Below, piece after piece: positions 58,298 to 64,000 of a stretch of 64,000 bases of DNA. Position 1 is the first letter of the stretch. The number at the start of each line of letters is the position of its first letter. Under the pieces are notes generated by a model. It worked only from the letters and a program-made list of their open reading frames with translations. It searched no databases and had not been told where the DNA came from. The translations under genes were made by a program, and so were the position numbers. The stretch is from a bacterium (lineage in GTDB: Bacteria; Patescibacteriota; Minisyncoccia; UBA6257; JAUSGH01), in contig JAUSGH010000002.1 in NCBI GenBank assembly GCA_030649055.1, positions 5,357-69,356 of the forward strand. The letters run 5' to 3'.

Positions 58298-59848
58298 TTA
58301 CTTCTTTGCCACAAGCCGCGGCATAAAATCCGCGAGCACCGCCTTAAGCTTCGCCTCGGTTGCATCGTCAAATGCCTTTGTCTCACGGATGCTCTGGAGA
58401 ATATCAGGATGCCGGTCGCGCAAATGCGCCCGGAGTTTTAACTCCGCCTCGCGCACGGACTCCAGCGGAAGCTCATCCAAAAATCCGCCGATACCCATGT
58501 AAAACACGCAGGTTTGTTCCTCAAACGGCATGGCGTCATATTGCGGCTGTTTCAGAAGTTCGGTGAGGTGTTGGCCTCGGTCAATGCGCTTGCGCGTCGC
58601 CTCATCAAGGTCTTGCGCAAATTGGGAAAACGCGGCGAGCTCTTCAAATTGCGCAAGCTCCAGTTTCAATTTTGACGCGACTTTCTTGACGGCTTTTGTT
58701 TGCGCCGCGGAACCCACGCGCGACACCGAAAGTCCGATGTTCACCGCCGGCCGCTGGCCTTTCGCGAACAAATCGTTCTCAAGATAAATCTGACCGTCGG
58801 TGATGGAGATGACATTTGTCGGAATGTACGCAGACACGTCACCCAGCTGCGTTTCAATAATCGGAAGCGCGGTAAGCGATCCCCCGCCCTTTTCCTTCGT
58901 CACTTTTGACGCGCGCTCCAACAAACGGGAATGGAGATAAAAAATATCACCCGGGTATGCTTCGCGTCCGGAAGGCCGGCGGAGCAACAGCGCCATCTGC
59001 CGCCACGCCCACGCGTGCTTGGACAAGTCGTCGTAAATAATTAAGGCATCCCGTCCCTTATCGCGGAAGTACTCGCCCATGCTGCATCCCGCGAACGGCG
59101 CGATGTACCAAAGCGATGCCGGGTCCGCCGCGCCGGCGACAACCACGATAGTGTATTCCATCGCCCCGCGTGATTCAAGCTCCTTCACGATTCCGGCAAC
59201 TTTGGAATATTTCTGACCGATGGCGACATATACGCAAATAGGCCGGGTTTCCTTCGGTTCGTTAAGCTGGCTCAGAATCGCGTCAATCGCAAGCGCGGTT
59301 TTTCCGGTTTGACGGTCACCGATGATCAGTTCGCGCTGGCCACGTCCAATCGGAATTGTACCGTCAATAACTTTAATGCCCGTTGCGAGCGAGACATTCA
59401 CCGGTTCGCGGTCAATGACCGGAGGCGCCGGCCGTTCAATCGGTAGATACGTCACTTTTGATTCATCAAAACTGCCCTTGCCGTCCAAGGGAATCCCCAC
59501 CGGGCTTACCACGCGGCCTAAAAGCGCCTCCCCTGTTGGCACCGAAAGCACTTGTCCTGTTTTATGTACGAGATCGCCTTCGTGAATATGGCTGTATTCG
59601 CCGAGCACCACCGCGCCCACGCTGTATTCCTCAAGATTCAAGACCAGCGCCGGCGTCGCGGTTTTTTTAGAACCTTCCGGCCACGGCTCAATCAACACTT
59701 TTTCCGACATCATTGCCCCGCGCAACCCTTCAATCTGCACAATGCCGTCGGCAACGGAAACCACGCGCCCGACCTCTTCACTCTTGGCGCCAAGTTCGGT
59801 TCCCTCAAGTTCCGCTTTTAAAATTTGTACAATATTATCTTCCTTCAT
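58298..59848 (-). CDS. atpA: F1 ATP synthase alpha subunit
   Basis: GDRQTGKTALAID P-loop. 516 aa. Confidence 0.97.
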   Translation of the reverse strand: MKEDNIVQILKAELEGTELGAKSEEVGRVVSVADGIVQIEGLRGAMMSEKVLIEPWPEGSKKTATPALVLNLEEYSVGAVVLGEYSHIHEGDLVHKTGQVLSVPTGEALLGRVVSPVGIPLDGKGSFDESKVTYLPIERPAPPVIDREPVNVSLATGIKVIDGTIPIGRGQRELIIGDRQTGKTALAIDAILSQLNEPKETRPICVYVAIGQKYSKVAGIVKELESRGAMEYTIVVVAGAADPASLWYIAPFAGCSMGEYFRDKGRDALIIYDDLSKHAWAWRQMALLLRRPSGREAYPGDIFYLHSRLLERASKVTKEKGGGSLTALPIIETQLGDVSAYIPTNVISITDGQIYLENDLFAKGQRPAVNIGLSVSRVGSAAQTKAVKKVASKLKLELAQFEELAAFSQFAQDLDEATRKRIDRGQHLTELLKQPQYDAMPFEEQTCVFYMGIGGFLDELPLESVREAELKLRAHLRDRHPDILQSIRETKAFDDATEAKLKAVLADFMPRLVAKK

Positions 59849-59861
59849 ATAGAATCACGGA

Positions 59862-59915
59862 ATGGTTCGACTTCGCTCACCGAATAATATTTCCTGAGCT
59901 TGTCGAAGGATTTCC
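59862..59915. repeat. RPE-like palindromic element (full), intergenic atpH-atpA
   Basis: GTTCGACTTCGCTCACCGAATAATATTTCCTGAGCTTGTCGAAGGATTTCC. Confidence 0.7.
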
Positions 59916-59917
59916 TA

Positions 59918-60304
59918 TTAATCTCGTAACCGTTGTAATTTATTTGTTATTGTTCCGTCGACCAAGACGTCGCTACCAAGACGGAGTGCAACTCCGCCGA
60001 TAACGCGCGGATCAATACGTTCCGCAAATACATACCCCCTTGCTTTGAGGCGCGTTTCAAGCTTTTTCCTTGCAGAACCGCCAAGCGGCCGAGCCGTGAC
60101 AACTTCCGCCACTGTCCCGTCTTTTGCCGCCCACAACCGTTCAAACTCCTTCACCACCTTACCAGCAATCTTTAAATCATTTGAACGCTTCAAGAGCTTC
60201 TTGAAGTTTGCAATGCGCGCCGCAACTATCGCGGGTTTTGCATCCCGCAATGCTTCCACGAGCAGTCGCGCATATACTGTTTGTTTGTGCTGGATGAGAG
60301 ACAT
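59918..60304 (-). CDS. atpH: F1 ATP synthase delta (OSCP) subunit, short
   Basis: 128 aa in the conserved position between atpF and atpA. C-terminal IGGVALRLGSDVLVDGTITNKLQRL matches the delta pattern. Confidence 0.8.
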   Translation of the reverse strand: MSLIQHKQTVYARLLVEALRDAKPAIVAARIANFKKLLKRSNDLKIAGKVVKEFERLWAAKDGTVAEVVTARPLGGSARKKLETRLKARGYVFAERIDPRVIGGVALRLGSDVLVDGTITNKLQRLRD

Positions 60305-60396
60305 ATAAGCAATAAAGCATTAAATCAATAAAGCAAGAAGTTACAAGTTAGTTTTACGTTTTTTTACTTTGCTTCCATGCTTTCTTGCTTTTATGC

Positions 60397-60891
60397 TTAC
60401 ATGAGTGTTTTCATGACTTCTTCCACCGCGCGCTCGTCGTCTTCGGCGGTTACTTTGCGCAAAAGGATTTTCTCCGCCACCATAATAGCCGCCGCGCGAA
60501 TGTCAGCTTTCGCGCCATGCAACGCGTCGCGCGCCATCGTATCCGATTGCGCTTTGGCTTTTTGAAGCATGTCCTCGGCAACCGCCTTCGCGCGTCCTTC
60601 CACTTCGCGCAATCGCGCCTCTGCCTGCACCTTCGTCGCTCCCATCAACTGCTCCGCCTCCGCGTCAGCACGCGACAAAATTTCTTTGCGCGTGATATCA
60701 GCGCGGGCGATTTCTTTCTGCGCCTCCTCATGCATCGCCAAACCTTTTTCAATAGTGGATTTACGATCCTCAATCATGCGCACAATCTTCGGGAAGACAA
60801 AGCGCTTGAGGATCCAAAACACCACCAAAAAATTAAATGCTTGGGCAAAGAGTAACTTTCCGTTAATGCCGAGTTTGGTGAACAACTCCAT
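60397..60891 (-). CDS. atpF: Fo ATP synthase subunit b
   Basis: Single N-terminal TM helix (LFAQAFNFLVVFWILKRFVF) and a long charged helix. Start at the ATG at 60891. Confidence 0.85.
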   Translation of the reverse strand: MELFTKLGINGKLLFAQAFNFLVVFWILKRFVFPKIVRMIEDRKSTIEKGLAMHEEAQKEIARADITRKEILSRADAEAEQLMGATKVQAEARLREVEGRAKAVAEDMLQKAKAQSDTMARDALHGAKADIRAAAIMVAEKILLRKVTAEDDERAVEEVMKTLM

Positions 60892-60892
60892 A

Positions 60893-60940
60893 GTTATCCG
60901 CGACAATCCGTGTCGCTATCCGCGTCCTTCCGCTTCTACG
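60893..60940. repeat. ATCCGCG-type repeat (family E) abutting the atpF start codon
   Basis: GTTATCCGCGACAATCCGTGTCGCTATCCGCGTCCTTCCGCTTCTACGC. Confidence 0.6.
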
Positions 60941-60941
60941 C

Positions 60942-61169
60942 TTACGCAAAAAGAATAATGAGCGCCACAACCAACGCGTAAATGGCGATAGCTTCAATGA
61001 AAGCGGTCGCCAAAATCATCGCCGGCTGGATTTTTGAGGCCGCCTCCGGATTCCGTCCGATGGCTTCCATCGCTTTCGTCGCGAGCTTACCGATAGCAGT
61101 CGCCGACGCGAGCGCGCCGACACCGATGGCAATCGCCGCGGCGATAAATTTTACCATTTCTGCATCCAT
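60942..61169 (-). CDS. atpE: Fo ATP synthase subunit c
   Basis: 75-aa hairpin with GRNPEA loop and the conserved carboxylate context (FIEAIAIY). Confidence 0.9.
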   Translation of the reverse strand: MDAEMVKFIAAAIAIGVGALASATAIGKLATKAMEAIGRNPEAASKIQPAMILATAFIEAIAIYALVVALIILFA

Positions 61170-61206
61170 AATGTGAGATTTGTTTAATGGTTAATGAATA
61201 ATAGTG

Positions 61207-61281
61207 TTCGACCTGATTGTATTCCTTCGACAGGCTCAGGAAATAACATCACTTACTCCCTGAGCTTGTCGAAGGGCTACA
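61207..61281. repeat. RPE-like palindromic element (full), at the 3' end of atpB
   Basis: TTCCTTCGACAGGCTCAGGAAATAACATCACTTACTCCCTGAGCTTGTCGAAGGGCTAC. Confidence 0.75.
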
Positions 61282-61286
61282 TATAT

Positions 61287-62063
61287 TTAATGCGCGGGAA
61301 CCGCGTGTGTTTCATGCGATTCGTGCGTCTCCGTAGCAAACTTGATGAATATGAGCGTAAGCATAGCAAAGACCAGCGCTTGAATAAAGCCCACGAAGAT
61401 TTCCAGCAGCAAAAACGGCGTCGGCGCCACAATCGGCGCAAGATTCATAATGATGAGCAAGAGTACCTCGCCCGCGAACACATTACCGAACAACCGGAAG
61501 GAAAACGACATCACCTTCGCGAACTCCCCAACTAATTCAAGCAAGCCGACAAAAAAATGTATCGGCCCTTCGCGGAAATTAAAAAACTTGCTCCAATGCC
61601 CCCACGCGCCCAATTTTTTCATTCCGTAGATCTGAATAGCGACAACGGAGACGAGAGCTAAGGCAAGCGTCGTGTTCAAATCGCTGTTTGCCGACCTGAA
61701 AAATGGAACGAATTCTTTTACGCCTTCATGCACTTCATAAAAACCAATAGACCCGATGCCGGGCAAAATGCCAAGCCAGTTATTAAAAAGAATAAAGAAA
61801 AAAATCGTGGCAATAAAGGGAAGATACTGTTTCGCGGCGGCTCTCGTCCCCAGCGTCTCCTCCATAAAATCAAGAATGCCGCCAATCAGGATTTCCGTGA
61901 TATTTTGTCCGCTCCGCGGAACCATCTTGAGCGACCGCGCGATAAGCAAGGCTGTCAGCCCCACAATCGCCGAAACCACAAGACCCAACACCAAACTATT
62001 GGCGAGCGGGAATTCGCCGATATGCGCAAGTATTTCCGGTTTTAAACTTACGTGCAATTCCAT
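61287..62063 (-). CDS. atpB: Fo ATP synthase subunit a
   Basis: 258 aa with a polytopic profile. Contains the conserved Arg in SFSFRLFGNVFAGE and the C-terminal LQALVFAMLTLIFI. Confidence 0.9.
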   Translation of the reverse strand: MELHVSLKPEILAHIGEFPLANSLVLGLVVSAIVGLTALLIARSLKMVPRSGQNITEILIGGILDFMEETLGTRAAAKQYLPFIATIFFFILFNNWLGILPGIGSIGFYEVHEGVKEFVPFFRSANSDLNTTLALALVSVVAIQIYGMKKLGAWGHWSKFFNFREGPIHFFVGLLELVGEFAKVMSFSFRLFGNVFAGEVLLLIIMNLAPIVAPTPFLLLEIFVGFIQALVFAMLTLIFIKFATETHESHETHAVPAH

Positions 62064-62186
62064 AATAATGCTCTCAAGTATAAAAAAAGTTGCTTAAAAA
62101 TGCAATACCACCGAATTGTATTTTTCCTCAAATTGTGCCATTATTCTCCGCAGTGGTTAGTTCAACGATTTTGGAGGTTAGGCCCA

Positions 62187-62968
62187 TGTTGGCTCTCGTC
62201 ACGCTCTCAACCTGGCAGACCATTGCGATTGGCGCGCTTGTCGCGCTACTCCTCGTACTCTGGCTCAGCGCGCGCCGGTGGTCGGTGGAGCGCCTCGTCA
62301 TGGTGCGCGCTCACTATAAGGATGGCGCCGAGAAGGACTTCATCACGTATCCGTGGCGCCTCAAGGAGCTCTACAAGGCGATCAAGGGAAACCCGCGGAC
62401 GCTTCACTGCGACGACTACTTCCCCCGCGATCTTCCCATCAACTCCAGCGTCACGTGTGTAAGCCTCCACCCATTCGGGTACCATAGTCACCCGTGGCAC
62501 AACAACGACTCGCTTCAGAGTCACTTTCAGTGGGAGAGGACACTTTGGAGCAGCGCACACGCCCTACTCACGAGCGTGCTGAGCGACTTTGGGCTGGAGG
62601 ACAATCAACCGATGCTACCCGAAATACTCAACCTCCTCTCGCACCAGCGTTTGGACGCGCTGAGGTTAAAAGCGGCGAGGGACAATCCCTCAGCCGCATA
62701 TTGCCTCAACAACGGCGAGGTCGCCTATCTCCAGCGTCTGCGCGACTGCCTGGATGTGACGATGGAGAAAAGGTGGGCGAGGGACACCCGTTATGTGCGG
62801 CTTAACGGCGGTCTGCCCGACACGGATGCGTGCGTGATGACACTGCTGGATACTGACGAAGGCGCGAAGTGTGTCATCGCCTACATCAACCGCGGCTGGC
62901 AACCCGAACCGACACCTCCCATGCCGCCCGAGCCATGCATACAGACAAGGACTGGCGGACACTGCTAG
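62187..62968 (+). CDS. hypothetical membrane-anchored protein (GC-rich)
   Basis: Start MLALVTLSTW is preceded by GGAGG 8 nt upstream. N-terminal TM helix. The ORF track begins upstream at 62090. Confidence 0.45.
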
Positions 62969-63075
62969 GCACCATCTCCTCACATCTCAAACCCCCGCCG
63001 CTCGTACCAACGAGATGCGGGGGTCCTTCATTTTTATATTAGACCCACTTCGCTCAAAGCATACCTGCCCACCCA

Positions 63076-63555
63076 TCAACTCCCCGATTCCCGCTTCCTC
63101 ATCTTCAGTACAGTCAAAACCCCGCCGATAAACAGCAACAATGATGTCGTGGCGGAAATCATACAATACGCGCAAATTTCATGAAGGATGAAAAACTGCA
63201 GATACACAAACCACGCGGAGGCAAAGAGTCCCGTGACAGAAAGTGCCGCCGCCGCTAACATAAAACGGGAATTTTTTGTATAAAGCGCCGCGCTTGCAAA
63301 TATGACGATAGCGAGATAATACGCAACGCCGAAAAATGCGACCGGTACTCCGGCGAACACCGAGTACGCGCTTGCAAGTACATTATCGCAACCCGTACCG
63401 ATAAGGCAGGTACCCGGCATGAGAGAAAAATGCCGAATCGAAAGATACGTCGCGTCCGTGAGGCCGATGAGCCCCAGTACTAAAAACGCCGCCGCAAACC
63501 ATCGCGGCACAATAGAAACGGGTGATTGAGTTATTGTTTCATTCGGCTCCATGTG
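63076..63555 (-). CDS. vitamin K epoxide reductase (VKOR/DsbB-like) family membrane protein
   Basis: TM helices with a CxxC pair (CAYC) and an upstream loop Cys pair (CLIGTGC). Start taken at the internal ATG at 63555 (MEPNETI); the ORF track extends to 63750. Confidence 0.55.
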   Translation of the reverse strand, partial: HMEPNETITQSPVSIVPRWFAAAFLVLGLIGLTDATYLSIRHFSLMPGTCLIGTGCDNVLASAYSVFAGVPVAFFGVAYYLAIVIFASAALYTKNSRFMLAAAALSVTGLFASAWFVYLQFFILHEICAYCMISATTSLLLFIGGVLTVLKMRKRESGS

Positions 63556-63607
63556 CCGACAATATAACACATACACAAGACGCTTGCAAACATAGCCACC
63601 GAACGTA

Positions 63608-64000
63608 CTACGGTACCGTATACGGCGCCGTTGTCGCGACCGATGAAACATATCCGAATTCATCAACCGCGCGCACGCCAAAAACATACGTGTTGGATGA
63701 AGTCGCGAAGGAATACGTATATTTGAAATCGGGGCTGTTGGCGCCGGCAACGCCCTGCGTGAACCGCACCCATTCGTTATCCGGAAAACGTTCTACAGCG
63801 GTGGAAGTCGCGCGATTGACTTCATAACCGATTTCGCGATTCATGCCGTCGGAGTCGGTTGAAGAAGGATCCCATCCGATGACGGCCTTGGAAAGCCCCG
63901 CGTCATACCGTTCCACGAGCGCCGATGCCGGCGGCGTGGGGGGCGCCGTGACCGGCGCTACGTCGCTGAAATAGTACTTGGTCTTATCCGCCGCGGCGAA
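63608..64000 (-). CDS. fibronectin type III-like domain protein, C-terminal part (gene enters from beyond the window end)
   Basis: The frame stays open from 64000 down to the stop at about 63608. The sequence ...YTYSFATSSNTYVFGVRAVDEFGYVSSVATTAPYTVP is FN3-like. It lies directly upstream of the VKOR gene. Confidence 0.5.
   Translation of the reverse strand, partial: FAAADKTKYYFSDVAPVTAPPTPPASALVERYDAGLSKAVIGWDPSSTDSDGMNREIGYEVNRATSTAVERFPDNEWVRFTQGVAGANSPDFKYTYSFATSSNTYVFGVRAVDEFGYVSSVATTAPYTVP

Overview
This 64-kb window is dominated by minus-strand housekeeping genes. They include a nucleotide-excision-repair cluster (uvrC, then uvrA-uvrB), a complete tuf-S10-spc-secY ribosomal protein block (tuf, rpsJ, rplCDWB, rpsS, rplV, rpsC, rplP, rpmC, rpsQ, rplNXE, rpsN, rpsH, rplFR, rpsE, rplO, secY) with no L30 gene, and adk/map, lysS, greA, serS, alr, metK, ychF, prmC and a murC-like ligase. 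An F1Fo ATP synthase operon (atpBEFHAGDC) is also present. Accessory-looking genes are present too: secreted FN3/LamG proteins, a VirD4/TraD-like ATPase, a PD-(D/E)XK nuclease, a CYTH protein, an M16 peptidase, and ArsR-family and sigma-region-4-like regulators. The absence of L30, a short UvrC, extended ribosomal proteins, weak or absent Shine-Dalgarno sequences and the many secreted-domain proteins suggest a small-genome CPR/Patescibacteria-like bacterium; this is inference only. I found no rRNA, tRNA, CRISPR array or transposase. The window is unusually repeat-rich, with at least six families of short dispersed elements. (1) An RPE-like palindromic element has about 12 copies, three of which are inserted in-frame in uvrA, uvrB and uvrC. 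(2) A three-copy element of about 270-330 nt carries compensatory hairpin substitutions and is a candidate structured RNA or non-autonomous mobile element. (3) A near-consensus sigma-70 promoter fires into an ORF-poor, GC-rich 0.7-kb hairpin-rich region upstream of tuf. (4-6) Three different short motif families sit immediately upstream of start codons inside operons. (7) A palindromic operator-like motif is shared by an ArsR-family regulator gene and two neighbouring genes. Several GC-rich segments (22.4-25.6 kb, 38.6-40.1 kb, 52.4-53.1 kb and 62.2-63.0 kb) differ in composition from the ribosomal and ATP synthase core and may be acquired.
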